A DNA stretch of 64,000 nucleotides, taken from an uncultured Chitinophagales bacterium (GTDB lineage Bacteria; Bacteroidota; Bacteroidia; Chitinophagales; S012-47). The stretch lies in assembly GCA_964422925.1 (NCBI GenBank), contig CAYRDC010000002.1, positions 3,719-67,718 of the forward strand. Reading direction: 5' to 3'. Made by a program: the position numbers and the translations under genes. This document shows, one piece after another, positions 18,097 through 28,361 of the stretch (positions are counted from its first letter, which is position 1; every line of letters begins with the position of its first letter). The notes under the pieces are model-generated. The model was given only the letters and a program-made list of their open reading frames with translations. It was not told where the DNA came from and ran no database searches.

Positions 18097-18573
18097 ATGG
18101 CCGGATTCCTGGGAGAATATCAATGCAAGCTGGATGCGAAAGGTCGCATACGGTTGCCGGGTGCCCTGAAAAAGCAGTTGCACCCGGAAGCCCAGGGGCG
18201 GTTTGTCATCAACAGGGGCTTTGAGAAATGCCTGGTGCTGTATCCGTGGAACGAATGGGAAAAGATCAGCGCCCGGGTGAACCGGCTCAACACTTTTGAG
18301 AAGAAGAAGCGCGCTTTTGTGCGCTACTTCTACCGGGGGGCCACGGAGCTCACCCTGGACAACGCGGACCGGTTGAACATTCCCAACCATCTGCTCGAGT
18401 ATGCCAATATCGAAAAGGACTTGTTGCTCACTTCCCGGAACAGCATCATTGAGATCTGGAACAAGGATCACTATGAAGAATTAATGGCCATCGATTCCGA
18501 CACGTTTGCTGACCTGGCGGAAGAGGTGATGGGCGACAGGGATTTGATAAACCCGGATAGCAGCGATGAGTGA
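18097..18573 (+). CDS. mraZ: Transcriptional regulator MraZ
   Basis: 158 aa. Sequence FLGEYQCKLDAKGRIRLP (DxxxR SpoVT-AbrB repeat), a second repeat LDNADRLNIP, and first position in the dcw cluster. Confidence 0.95.
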   Translation: MAGFLGEYQCKLDAKGRIRLPGALKKQLHPEAQGRFVINRGFEKCLVLYPWNEWEKISARVNRLNTFEKKKRAFVRYFYRGATELTLDNADRLNIPNHLLEYANIEKDLLLTSRNSIIEIWNKDHYEELMAIDSDTFADLAEEVMGDRDLINPDSSDE

Positions 18574-19471
18574 ATATCATCGGCCGGTAATGCTGGAGGA
18601 GGCGCTGCAGGCGCTTCGGATCAATCCTGAAGGAACCTATGTTGACGCCACGTTTGGCGGGGGAGGGCACGCGCGGAAAATCCTGGAGCGGTTACACAGC
18701 GGCCGCCTGATTGCGTTTGACCAGGATCCTGATGCGAAAAACAATTTACCTGATAACGACAGGCTGGTTTTTGTGGAGCATAATTTCAAACATCTGATCC
18801 GTTTTCTCAAGCTGCACCGGGCCTTGCCGGTGGACGGCATCCTGGCCGACCTTGGGGTTTCTTCCCACCAGATCGATACTGGTTCGCGGGGTTTCTCCAC
18901 CCGCTTTGACGCGCCTTTGGATATGCGCATGGATCCCAACGCCCCGGTCAGCGCCAGGGATGTGGTCAATGAATATCCGGAGGAAGACCTGGCCGATGTG
19001 TTTTATCAATATGGCGGTTTGCGCAACTCCCGCGCGCTGGCCCGTGCCGTGGTGAAAGCCCGCAGGGCGAGGCACATTGAAACCACAGGCCGTTTGGCGG
19101 AAATCCTGACACCCTTTGGCGGGCAAAGGCCGGCCAAATTCCTGGCCAAGGCTTTCCAGGCCATCCGCATCGAGGTCAACCAGGAGCTGGAAGCGTTGAA
19201 AGAACTGCTCCGCCAGACAACTGAAGCTCTTAAGCCGGGCGGACGGCTGGTGGTCATTTCCTACCATTCGCTGGAAGACCGTCTGGTGAAATCCTATATC
19301 CGCTACGGCAACTTCGAAGGAAAACCCGAAACCGATCTGTACGGCAACCTGCGGGCGCCCTTCCGGCCGGTGGTCCGTAAGGCGATCAAAGCTTCCGAAC
19401 AAGAGATTTCAGAAAACCCGAGGGCGCGCAGCGCGCGGCTCCGCGTGGGAGAAAAAATAGGGGCAGAATGA
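18566..19471 (+). CDS. rsmH: 16S rRNA (cytosine1402-N4)-methyltransferase
   Basis: 301 aa. Motifs HRPVMLEE, DATFGGGGH, DLGVSSHQ and ISYHSLEDR. Confidence 0.96.
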   Translation: MSEYHRPVMLEEALQALRINPEGTYVDATFGGGGHARKILERLHSGRLIAFDQDPDAKNNLPDNDRLVFVEHNFKHLIRFLKLHRALPVDGILADLGVSSHQIDTGSRGFSTRFDAPLDMRMDPNAPVSARDVVNEYPEEDLADVFYQYGGLRNSRALARAVVKARRARHIETTGRLAEILTPFGGQRPAKFLAKAFQAIRIEVNQELEALKELLRQTTEALKPGGRLVVISYHSLEDRLVKSYIRYGNFEGKPETDLYGNLRAPFRPVVRKAIKASEQEISENPRARSARLRVGEKIGAE

Positions 19472-19809
19472 GCGGCCAGAAGAAATACAACCCGTGGCAG
19501 GCTTTCAGGCAGTGGCTGAAGCAATGGGGCGATTTTGACTATTACGCCCGCAACCTTAGCTATATCCTGTTCCTGAGCTTCCTGGCCCTGGTGTATATCT
19601 GGAACCGTCACAGTGCCGAACGCAATATCATGCGCATGAACCGGCTGAAAAATCAGCTGACGGAGCTGCACTGGCAATACACAACCTCCAAATCACAGCT
19701 CAACCGGAAAAGCATGGAGTCGGAAGTGGTGCGGCTGGTGGAGCCCCTGGGGTTGCGAAGCCTGACTTCGCCCCCTGAAATCATAAACCCGGACGAAGAT
19801 GGGGATTAA
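19468..19809 (+). CDS. ftsL: FtsL-like cell division protein
   Basis: 113 aa. Single TM (LSYILFLSFLALVYIW) followed by a coiled-coil-like segment. Located between rsmH and ftsI, with an ATGA overlap with rsmH. Confidence 0.7.
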   Translation: MSGQKKYNPWQAFRQWLKQWGDFDYYARNLSYILFLSFLALVYIWNRHSAERNIMRMNRLKNQLTELHWQYTTSKSQLNRKSMESEVVRLVEPLGLRSLTSPPEIINPDEDGD

Positions 19810-21895
19810 GAAGGACATATTGTGGCGTTTGCTGGTAGTGTTCCTGCTCATGGTGGGGATTGGCGTGGCCATAATAGTCCAGGCATTCCGCATCCAGGTG
19901 GTGGAAGGCCAGCGCTGGCGGGCCATAGCCGACAGTCTGACTACCCGTTACCGTACGATTCCTGCCGAACGTGGCAATATATATGCCGATGACGGGCGGC
20001 TGCTGGCAACATCGCTGCCATATTTTGAGGTCAGGATGGACCTTGGCCTGCCCGGCATGACCGATGAGCTGTTTTATGACAACGTGGATTCCCTGGCGGT
20101 TTCGCTGGCCGGCCTGTTTCGAGACCGGAACGCTTCGGAATACCGGCAGATGCTGCTCACGGCCCGCAAGGAAAAAAAGCGCTATCAGCTTATACACCGG
20201 AAAGTGACATTCCCAGAGCTGCAGAAGCTCAAGCGCTTCCCGCTGTTCCGCCTCGGCCGGTACAAGGGCGGGCTGATTGTAGTCAAAAGCAACAAGCGGA
20301 AAATCCCCTTCGGGATACTCGCGCACCGTACCATCGGGTATGTGCGCACCGGGCCGGGGGCGCAGTCGGTCGGGCTGGAGCAGTATTTCAACGAATACCT
20401 GGCCGGACAGGACGGAAAACGCCTGATGCAGCGCATAGCCGGGGGCGCCTGGATGCCGGTTAACGATCGTAATGAAATTGAATCCCGGAACGGGGACGAC
20501 CTGGTCACCAGCCTGAATGTCGATATCCAGGACGCGGCCGAATACGCCCTGCTGAAAGCCCTGCAAAAGCATGAGGCTGATCACGGGTGTGTCATTGTCA
20601 TGGAAGTGAAGACCGGCCGGATCAAGGCCATGGCCAACCTCGGCCGCATGGAAAACGGAAGCTACTGGGAAAAATACAATTACGCCATTGGCGAAGGCAC
20701 CGAGCCGGGTTCCACCTTCAAGCTGGCCACCCTGGCCGCTTTGTTGTCTGACCGGTTTGTCACCCTAACGGACAGCGTGGACCTGGAAAACGGCCGGCAC
20801 CGCTATTACGACCGGCTGATGAAAGATTCGGAGCATCATCAGTACCGCAAGGTCAGCGTCAGCAAGGCTTTCCTGATCAGCTCCAACGTGGGTATCTCGA
20901 AACTGGCTTATCGCTATTATGCTGATGATCCGGAACGCTTTGTGAAGCGGCTGCGGGAATTCGGGCTGGACAAGCCGGTGGGGATCACCATCCGCGGGGA
21001 GCCGAAGCCCCTGATCAAATCCCCGGGCAACCCGGGTTGGAGCGCGGTGACCATCCCCTGGATGTCGGTGGGCTATGAGGTGCGTTTGACCCCACTGCAG
21101 ATCCTGGCGTTTTACAATACGGTAGCCAACGGGGGCAACCGGATGAAGCCTTCGCTGGTGACGGCCATCAAACGGTACGGGCGCACCATCCAGTCGTTTG
21201 AACCGGAAGCGGTGGCCAAAAACGTCTTCGCCCCGGATGTGCTGGAGCAGCTCCGGGCATTGCTGAAAGGCGTGGTGGATTCAGGGACGGCCCGGAATAT
21301 CCGCACCAGCGATTACGCCATTGCCGGAAAAACCGGTACCGCCCAGATTGCCGACCGCGACCAGGGCTACCGGCAAGTGTACCAATCCTCCTTTGTCGGC
21401 TATTTCCCGGCTGACAATCCCCGGTATTCCATCATAGTGGTGATCACCGCCCCGTCCAAAGGCGTGTATTACGGAAGCCAGGTGGCCGCCCCGGTCTTCC
21501 GCGAGATAGCCGATAAGATTTACAGTTCGAGTCCGGACCTGTTCCAGGCCGATTCTCTCCCGGATAGATTGAACACATTACATATAGACCGCGGCAATGA
21601 ACATGATTTCGAGATGATTTACAAGGCGCTGGACCTGCCTTACCAGGTGCACACGGCCGGCAGGTGGGCTTACACAGCTTTCAATAATGACTCCCTGATT
21701 CTGGCACCAACCCGCGAAACCCCCAAAGGAACAGTACCCAACGTGCTGCACATGGGCCTGCGCGATGCCCTGTACCTGCTGGAAAACGAGGGCCTGCAGG
21801 TCAGCGTCTCCGGGTTTGGCGAGGTGGTGCAGCAGTCGGTTCCCCCCGGAACTCCGGTCAGGAAAGGAATGCGCATAACCATTGAACTGAAATAA
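19799..21895 (+). CDS. ftsI: Penicillin-binding protein (FtsI-type transpeptidase) with C-terminal PASTA domain
   Basis: 698 aa. N-terminal TM, the STFK active-site motif (EPGSTFKLAT), SSN (ISSNVG), KTGT (AGKTGTAQ), and a C-terminal PASTA-like segment VPNVLHMGLRDALYLLENEGL. Confidence 0.93.
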   Translation: MGIKKDILWRLLVVFLLMVGIGVAIIVQAFRIQVVEGQRWRAIADSLTTRYRTIPAERGNIYADDGRLLATSLPYFEVRMDLGLPGMTDELFYDNVDSLAVSLAGLFRDRNASEYRQMLLTARKEKKRYQLIHRKVTFPELQKLKRFPLFRLGRYKGGLIVVKSNKRKIPFGILAHRTIGYVRTGPGAQSVGLEQYFNEYLAGQDGKRLMQRIAGGAWMPVNDRNEIESRNGDDLVTSLNVDIQDAAEYALLKALQKHEADHGCVIVMEVKTGRIKAMANLGRMENGSYWEKYNYAIGEGTEPGSTFKLATLAALLSDRFVTLTDSVDLENGRHRYYDRLMKDSEHHQYRKVSVSKAFLISSNVGISKLAYRYYADDPERFVKRLREFGLDKPVGITIRGEPKPLIKSPGNPGWSAVTIPWMSVGYEVRLTPLQILAFYNTVANGGNRMKPSLVTAIKRYGRTIQSFEPEAVAKNVFAPDVLEQLRALLKGVVDSGTARNIRTSDYAIAGKTGTAQIADRDQGYRQVYQSSFVGYFPADNPRYSIIVVITAPSKGVYYGSQVAAPVFREIADKIYSSSPDLFQADSLPDRLNTLHIDRGNEHDFEMIYKALDLPYQVHTAGRWAYTAFNNDSLILAPTRETPKGTVPNVLHMGLRDALYLLENEGLQVSVSGFGEVVQQSVPPGTPVRKGMRITIELK

Positions 21896-21899
21896 AGGA

Positions 21900-23366
21900 T
21901 TGAAGAAGTTACAGGACATATTATCCGGGGTTAACGTCAACCAATGGCTTGGGCCGGAGGATACTGCGGTGGCGGAAATCCGGTTCGACTCCCGCCTGGT
22001 GCGGCCCGGTGATATGTTTGTCGCCCTTCCGGGCACGGTCACTGACGGGCACCGGTTTATCCCGCAGGCGCTGGAGGCGGGCGCTGTGGCGGTGGTTTGC
22101 GAAACCCTGCCGGAGGCACCGGCAGAGAGGAAAACCTGGATCGTGGTGCCGGACGCGTACCAGGCTCTCGGGCGGATGGCTTCCGGGTATTACGGGCATC
22201 CGAGCCAGTCCCTACATGTGGTGGGCATTACCGGAACCAACGGCAAAACTACCATAGCGACCCTCCTGTACCGGCTGCTGGAAGATATGGGTTACCCCTG
22301 CGGGCTGCTGTCTACCGTGACCTACGCGGTGCACGGCCGCGAATACAGCGCCACCCACACTACTCCGGACCCCCTGCGCATCAACCGGCTGATGGCCGAG
22401 ATGGTCGAAGCCGGAACGGGGCACTGCTTTATGGAAGTGAGCAGCCATGCCATTGCCCAGCAACGGATCGAAGGACTGCATTTCGCGGGGGGTGTATTCA
22501 CCAATCTGACCCACGACCATTTGGATTACCACGGGGATTTCAAGCAATACCTGCAGGTGAAAAAATCCTGGTTCGACCGGCTGCCGGATTCCGCGTTTGC
22601 CCTGGTAAACCTGGATGACAAGCACGGGAAAATAATGCTTCAGAACTGCGCGGCCCGGCACCGTGGATACAGCCTCCGGGGCTTGGGCGATTACAACGCC
22701 CGCATCCTGGAAAGCACGATCCACGGCCTGGTGCTCGACCTGGACGGCCGCGAATTCCATACCCCGCTGACAGGCCGGTTCAATGCCTCCAACCTGCTGG
22801 CGGTGTACGGGACCGCCTGCGAACTGGGCTTCTCCCCGGACGAGATCCTGCCGGTTTTAAGCAAGCTGAAAGGAGCCCCCGGCCGGTTTGAAACCTATGT
22901 TTCCCCTGCCGGGGAAATAACCGGCATCGTGGATTATGCCCACACACCGGATGCCCTGAAAAATGTATTGCATGCCATAAATGAAGTGCGGAAAGGCAAG
23001 GAACAGCTCATTACGGTCATTGGATGCGGGGGCGACCGCGACAAAGCCAAACGGCCGCTGATGGCCCGGGTGGCCTGTGAGCTGAGCGAACGCGTGATCC
23101 TGACCAGCGACAACCCGCGCAGCGAACCACCGGAAGCCATACTGGCCGATATGAAACAGGGCCTGGAAGCACGCCACCTGAAGAAATGCCTCACCATCCC
23201 CGACCGCAGGGAAGCCATCGATACGGCTGTCGGACTGGCCGAACCGGGCGACATTATCCTGCTGGCCGGGAAAGGGCATGAAACCTACCAGGAAATTGCC
23301 GGGGAGCGGATCCCCTTCAGCGATAAAGAAACCCTTTTGGAATCATTCAAAAACCGGGAAAGATAA
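21900..23366 (+). CDS. murE: UDP-N-acetylmuramoyl-L-alanyl-D-glutamate--2,6-diaminopimelate ligase
   Basis: 488 aa, TTG start. Motifs [10 protein letters not shown] and DNPR (LTSDNPRSE, the meso-DAP type). Confidence 0.95.
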   Translation: MKKLQDILSGVNVNQWLGPEDTAVAEIRFDSRLVRPGDMFVALPGTVTDGHRFIPQALEAGAVAVVCETLPEAPAERKTWIVVPDAYQALGRMASGYYGHPSQSLHVVGITGTNGKTTIATLLYRLLEDMGYPCGLLSTVTYAVHGREYSATHTTPDPLRINRLMAEMVEAGTGHCFMEVSSHAIAQQRIEGLHFAGGVFTNLTHDHLDYHGDFKQYLQVKKSWFDRLPDSAFALVNLDDKHGKIMLQNCAARHRGYSLRGLGDYNARILESTIHGLVLDLDGREFHTPLTGRFNASNLLAVYGTACELGFSPDEILPVLSKLKGAPGRFETYVSPAGEITGIVDYAHTPDALKNVLHAINEVRKGKEQLITVIGCGGDRDKAKRPLMARVACELSERVILTSDNPRSEPPEAILADMKQGLEARHLKKCLTIPDRREAIDTAVGLAEPGDIILLAGKGHETYQEIAGERIPFSDKETLLESFKNRER

Positions 23367-24664
23367 TGCTGTACCACCTGTTTGACTTCTTGGAAAAAAA
23401 TTACAACCTCCCCGGGGCGCAGTTGTTCCGTTTCATCTCTTTCCGTGCGGCCATGGCCGTCATCACTTCCCTGCTCATCTCCATGGTCTTTGGTAAATAC
23501 ATTGTCGCCTACCTGAAGCGCAAACAAATCGGGGAAACCGTCCGCGAGCTTGGCCTGGAAGGGGAAAAATCCAAAGCCGGCACCCCGACCATGGGCGGGC
23601 TAATCATCCTGGGCGCCCTGCTCATTCCCACACTGCTCTTTGCCCGGCTCGACAATGTGTACATCCAGCTCATGCTCATCGTCACGGTGTGGATGGGGGC
23701 CATCGGGTTCCTCGATGATTACATCAAGGTTTTCCGGAAAAGCAAAAAGGGCCTCCGGGGCAAGTTCAAACTGCTTGGGCAGATCTCGCTGGGGCTGATC
23801 GTGGCGCTTACTTTTTACATCAGCAATGATGTCAAGGTCCGTGATTTCAATACCATTTACGTGTTTGAAATGAAAGACGGGCAGCCTGTGGGCGACCCCA
23901 TCGCGGAATATAAATCCAATGGCCGGGTGATTGACGGAGAGGGCGTGGAAGACGGGGAAGGGCATTGGCTCACCCACGATATCCGGTCGACCAAAACCAC
24001 CATCCCTTTCCTGAAAAACAATGAATTCGATTATGCCAGCCTGGTGCGCTTTATGGGAGACGATTACCGGCAATGGGTTTGGGTGGTATTTGTGCCGCTG
24101 ATCATATTGATCATCACGGCCGTGTCGAACGGGGCCAACCTGACGGACGGCCTGGACGGTTTGGCCACGGGGGTTTCGGCCATCAATGTCTTCACCCTGC
24201 TGGTATTTGCCTATGTGTCGGGTAATGTGATCCTGGCCGATTATCTCAACATCATGTACATCCCCGATTCGGCCGAGTTGGTGATTTTTTCGGCCGCCTT
24301 CGTGGGGGCCTGCATCGGGTTCCTCTGGTACAACGCCTATCCGGCCACCATCTTCATGGGCGACACGGGCAGCCTGGCCATAGGAGGCATTATCGCCACC
24401 ATGGCCATTGTGCTGCGGAAGGAGCTGCTCATACCCGTTATGTGCGGCATATTCCTGATGGAGAACCTGAGCGTGATCATGCAGGTGAGCTGGTTTAAAT
24501 ACACCAAACGGAAAACAGGGGAGGGGAAGCGCATATTCCGCATGGCGCCCCTGCACCACCATTACCAGAAACTGGGATTGCCTGAACCCAAGATCGTGAC
24601 AAGGTTCTGGATCATCGGCATATTGCTGGCCGTGGTCACCGTTGTCACGCTGAAAATCAGGTGA
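23366..24664 (+). CDS. mraY: Phospho-N-acetylmuramoyl-pentapeptide transferase
   Basis: 432 aa. Motifs [27 protein letters not shown] and PLHHH. Carries the long cytoplasmic insert common in Bacteroidota. Confidence 0.95.
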   Translation: MLYHLFDFLEKNYNLPGAQLFRFISFRAAMAVITSLLISMVFGKYIVAYLKRKQIGETVRELGLEGEKSKAGTPTMGGLIILGALLIPTLLFARLDNVYIQLMLIVTVWMGAIGFLDDYIKVFRKSKKGLRGKFKLLGQISLGLIVALTFYISNDVKVRDFNTIYVFEMKDGQPVGDPIAEYKSNGRVIDGEGVEDGEGHWLTHDIRSTKTTIPFLKNNEFDYASLVRFMGDDYRQWVWVVFVPLIILIITAVSNGANLTDGLDGLATGVSAINVFTLLVFAYVSGNVILADYLNIMYIPDSAELVIFSAAFVGACIGFLWYNAYPATIFMGDTGSLAIGGIIATMAIVLRKELLIPVMCGIFLMENLSVIMQVSWFKYTKRKTGEGKRIFRMAPLHHHYQKLGLPEPKIVTRFWIIGILLAVVTVVTLKIR

Positions 24665-24689
24665 CAAACAATGAAAAGGAATCAGGGAA

Positions 24690-26027
24690 ATGGGTAAACA
24701 ATTAATCATACTGGGAGCGGGCGAAAGCGGGACGGGTGCCGCGCTGCTGGGGCAAAAGCTGGACTACTCCGTGTTCGTGTCCGACATGGGCAGGATCCGT
24801 CCGGAATACCGGCAGGCGCTGGAGCAGGCCGGGATTCCCTTTGAGGAGGAAACCCACCGACAGGCCCTGGGGATGACAGAGGGCATTGTGGTGAAGAGCC
24901 CCGGCATCCCCGATTCGGCTAAAGTGGTCACCCGCTTCCGGGAAGCGGGTCTGCCCGTTTGGTCTGAAATCGAATTCGCGTCCCGGTTTACCCAAGCTGA
25001 TATCGTGGCCATCACCGGGAGCAACGGGAAAACCACCACCACCCACCTGGTTCATCATATTTTCTGCGCGGCCGGCCTGGACGCGGCCATTGGCGGCAAT
25101 GTGGGCAACGGGTTTGCCTATGAGCTGTTCCGGGGCGACCACGCCCATTTTGTGCTGGAAATCAGCTCATTCCAACTGGATAACATTAAAAGGTTCCGGC
25201 CCCGGGTGGCCGTGCTGCTGAACATCACCCCCGACCACCTGGACCGCTATCAAAACAGCGTGGAAGCCTATGCCGCGGCTAAAATGCGCATAACGCTGAA
25301 CCAGACTCCGGAGGACTATTTCATTTACTGCGCGGACGACCCGCTAACCCTCGAAGCCCTGGACAAGCACGGGACCAACGCCCGGACGTTGTCCTTTTCG
25401 ATCAAAAAAAAAACCGGGCAAAATGCCTGGCTCGAAGGCGATCAAATCATTTTCAACATACATCAAAATCAATTTACTATGCCATTGCGTGATCTGACCC
25501 TTACTGGTAAACACAACGTGTACAATAGTATGGCTGCCGGCATTGTGAGCCGCATTTATGAAATACGGAAAGAGGTGATCCGGGACAGCATGACTAATTT
25601 CAAAGGATTGCCTCACCGGCTGGAAAAAGTGGCTACCATACGTGGCGTGGAGTTCATCAACGATTCCAAAGCCACCAATGTAAACTCTACCTGGTATGCC
25701 CTGGAGTCGATTGACAAACCGGTAGTCTGGATAGCCGGTGGAGTGGATAAGGGCAATGATTACCAGCCGCTTAAGAAACTGGTGAACCAAAAGGTAAAGG
25801 CCATCATTTGCCTGGGGGTGGACAACCGCCACCTGCATGAAGCTTTCTCGCGGAATGTGGACCTGATGATAAATACCCAGCGGATGGAGGAAGCCGTGCA
25901 AATGGCCTTTCACCTCGCGGATAAGGGAGACGTGGTACTGTTGTCACCGGCCTGCGCCAGCTTCGATTTGTTCCAGAATTATGAAGACCGGGGCAACCAG
26001 TTCAAACAATTTGTCAGGGAATTATAA
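24690..26027 (+). CDS. murD: UDP-N-acetylmuramoylalanine--D-glutamate ligase
   Basis: 445 aa. ITGSNGKTTT P-loop, NITPDHLDR, and dcw position. Confidence 0.95.
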   Translation: MGKQLIILGAGESGTGAALLGQKLDYSVFVSDMGRIRPEYRQALEQAGIPFEEETHRQALGMTEGIVVKSPGIPDSAKVVTRFREAGLPVWSEIEFASRFTQADIVAITGSNGKTTTTHLVHHIFCAAGLDAAIGGNVGNGFAYELFRGDHAHFVLEISSFQLDNIKRFRPRVAVLLNITPDHLDRYQNSVEAYAAAKMRITLNQTPEDYFIYCADDPLTLEALDKHGTNARTLSFSIKKKTGQNAWLEGDQIIFNIHQNQFTMPLRDLTLTGKHNVYNSMAAGIVSRIYEIRKEVIRDSMTNFKGLPHRLEKVATIRGVEFINDSKATNVNSTWYALESIDKPVVWIAGGVDKGNDYQPLKKLVNQKVKAIICLGVDNRHLHEAFSRNVDLMINTQRMEEAVQMAFHLADKGDVVLLSPACASFDLFQNYEDRGNQFKQFVREL

Positions 26028-26039
26028 CCGTTTTTCGTT

Positions 26040-27215
26040 ATGGTCCAGAAGCTGCTAAACAAACTGCATGGCGACCGGGTGATCTGGTTAATCGTGATCG
26101 CGCTGTCTTTGGTCAGTGTGCTGGCCGTGTACAGTTCGACCGGAACCCTGGCATTCAAATACCGCGGTGGCAATACGGAATATTACCTTGGGAAGCACCT
26201 GGGCCTGATGTTGTTTGGGTTGCTGATCATGTACCTGGCCCACCTGGCCGATTACCGGATTTATTCGCGCCTGGCACAGCTACTTTTATTGATTTCCATC
26301 CCCCTGCTGGCCCTCACGCTTTTCATGGGGTCCGACATTAACGAAGCCCGCAGGTGGATCACCTTGCCGGGCATACACCTGACTTTCCAGACGTCAGACC
26401 TGGCCAAGCTGGCGCTGATTATGTACACCGCCCGGCATTTGTCGCATCGCCAGGAAGCCGTCAAGGATTTCCGGAAAGGATACCTGCCCATATTAACCGT
26501 AATACTGGTGGTCTGCGGCCTCATTGCCCCGGCCGACCTGTCGAGCGCTTCGGTGCTGTTTTTTACCTGCCTGTTGATTTTGTTTATCGGGCGCATAAAC
26601 TGGAAGTATTTGGTGGCTACCATGGGTATGGCGCTGGTAGTGCTTGCCCTGCTGGTGAGCCTGGCATATGTTTTCCCGGATACGGGTCGTTTCGGCACCT
26701 GGCACAACCGGATTGAAAGTTTTCTGGACAAATCGGAGACGCCTTACCAGGTTCAGCAATCGAAAATCGCCATTGCCGAGGGAGGCCTGCTGGGCAAAGG
26801 CCCCGGGAACAGCACCCAGCGGAACTTCCTGCCGCATCCCTATTCGGATTTCATTTTTTCCATCATCGTGGAAGAATACGGCCTGGCGGGTGGGCTTTTG
26901 CTGATGGTGTTATACCTGGTGTTCCTGTACCGGAGCATACACATAGTGCTGAAAAGTCCGGGTACCTTCGGAGCCTTCCTGGCAGCGGGGCTTAGCTTAA
27001 GCCTTGTAATCCAGGCTTTTATCAATATGGGCGTGGCGGTCAGCCTGTTTCCGGTCACCGGCCTTACCCTGCCGCTGGTGAGTATGGGAGGCACTTCGTT
27101 GTGGTTCACCAGCCTGGCGATCGGGATGATTTTAAGCGTGAGCCATTCCATTCAGCGAAAAGATTCGACCCAGGCGGGCAGGGAAGAGGAACAAACTTTA
27201 AAAGCGGCAGCATAG
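26040..27215 (+). CDS. ftsW: SEDS-family peptidoglycan polymerase FtsW
   Basis: 391 aa, polytopic. Motifs QTSDLAKL, LPHPYSDFIFS and LPLVSMGGTS. Confidence 0.92.
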   Translation: MVQKLLNKLHGDRVIWLIVIALSLVSVLAVYSSTGTLAFKYRGGNTEYYLGKHLGLMLFGLLIMYLAHLADYRIYSRLAQLLLLISIPLLALTLFMGSDINEARRWITLPGIHLTFQTSDLAKLALIMYTARHLSHRQEAVKDFRKGYLPILTVILVVCGLIAPADLSSASVLFFTCLLILFIGRINWKYLVATMGMALVVLALLVSLAYVFPDTGRFGTWHNRIESFLDKSETPYQVQQSKIAIAEGGLLGKGPGNSTQRNFLPHPYSDFIFSIIVEEYGLAGGLLLMVLYLVFLYRSIHIVLKSPGTFGAFLAAGLSLSLVIQAFINMGVAVSLFPVTGLTLPLVSMGGTSLWFTSLAIGMILSVSHSIQRKDSTQAGREEEQTLKAAA

Positions 27216-27216
27216 C

Positions 27217-28359
27217 ATGGACGCTGATAAAAAATACCGGATTATCATAAGCGGTGGCGGCACCGGGGGGCATGTTTTTCCGGCCATAGCCATTGGCAAC
27301 AGCCTGAAAAAGCTTTACCCGGAGACGGAATTGTTGTTTGTGGGTGCGAAAGGCAGGCTGGAAATGGAAAAAGTGCCTGCAGCCGGTTATCCCATCGAAG
27401 GGTTGTGGATCAGCGGGTTTCAGCGCAGGATAAGTTGGAAAAACCTGGTTTTCCCGGTAAAGCTGCTGGCGAGCTTGATCAAATCGGGCCGTATCCTGAA
27501 GCGGTTCCGCCCGGATGCCGCGGTGGGTGTGGGAGGGTATGCCAGCGGTCCGCTGCTTTACATGGCTGCCCGCAGGGGCCTGCCGGTGCTGATCCAGGAA
27601 CAGAACAGCTATCCGGGTGTTACCAACCGTCTGCTGTCCGACCGCGCCAACCGGGTTTGCGTGGCTTATGACGGGCTGGAACGGTGGTTCGACCACCGGA
27701 AGATCATAAAAACCGGCAACCCGGTGCGGGAAGGCATTACCGCCCTGGTGCTGGAAAAAACGGAAGCCGTACGGCAGTTCGGGCTGGATCCTTCAAAACC
27801 GGTATTGCTCGTACTGGGCGGGAGCCTCGGCTCGCGGACCATTAACGAAAGCATAAAAGCCGGTTTGGAATCCCTGTTCAGGGAAGGGCTGCAGATTATC
27901 TGGCAATGCGGCCGCCTGTACGCGGAGGAATACCGGGGCCTGATCAGTTCCTATGCCGGGCAGGTGGCCCTGCGCCCCTTCATCACGGAAATGGATGTGG
28001 CTTACTCGGCTGCCGACCTGATCGTTGCCCGGGCCGGGGCGATCACTATTTCGGAGTTGTGCCTGGTGGGCAAACCGGTGATCCTGGTTCCCTCGCCCAA
28101 TGTGGCCGAAGACCATCAAACCAAAAACGCCATGGCCCTGGTGGAGCAACATGCCGCCTGGATGATCCCGGACCGGGAAGCCCGCGGCACCCTGGCAAAT
28201 ATGGTCCTGAAGCTGGCCAAAGACCGGGACGAACAGCTGCAACTCTCGGAAAACATACGGAAGCTGGCCATACCGGATGCGGCCGACCGGATTGCCCGGG
28301 AAGTGATCCGCCTGATTGAAAAAAAAAGATCTGAAACAAAAAACATTGAAGTAGCCTGA
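27217..28359 (+). CDS. murG: UDP-N-acetylglucosamine--N-acetylmuramyl-(pentapeptide) pyrophosphoryl-undecaprenol GlcNAc transferase
   Basis: 380 aa. Motifs GGGTGGHVFPA, GGYASGP, GGSLGS and HQTKNA. Confidence 0.95.
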   Translation: MDADKKYRIIISGGGTGGHVFPAIAIGNSLKKLYPETELLFVGAKGRLEMEKVPAAGYPIEGLWISGFQRRISWKNLVFPVKLLASLIKSGRILKRFRPDAAVGVGGYASGPLLYMAARRGLPVLIQEQNSYPGVTNRLLSDRANRVCVAYDGLERWFDHRKIIKTGNPVREGITALVLEKTEAVRQFGLDPSKPVLLVLGGSLGSRTINESIKAGLESLFREGLQIIWQCGRLYAEEYRGLISSYAGQVALRPFITEMDVAYSAADLIVARAGAITISELCLVGKPVILVPSPNVAEDHQTKNAMALVEQHAAWMIPDREARGTLANMVLKLAKDRDEQLQLSENIRKLAIPDAADRIAREVIRLIEKKRSETKNIEVA

Positions 28360-28361
28360 CA

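Noticed and set aside
18746-20584. Minus-strand ORFs of 218 and 267 aa over rsmH, ftsL and ftsI
   Set aside because: They are antisense to the dcw genes and show no motifs.
23600-24709. 369-aa ORF antisense to mraY
   Set aside because: Same artefact as above. mraY on the + strand has all its canonical motifs.
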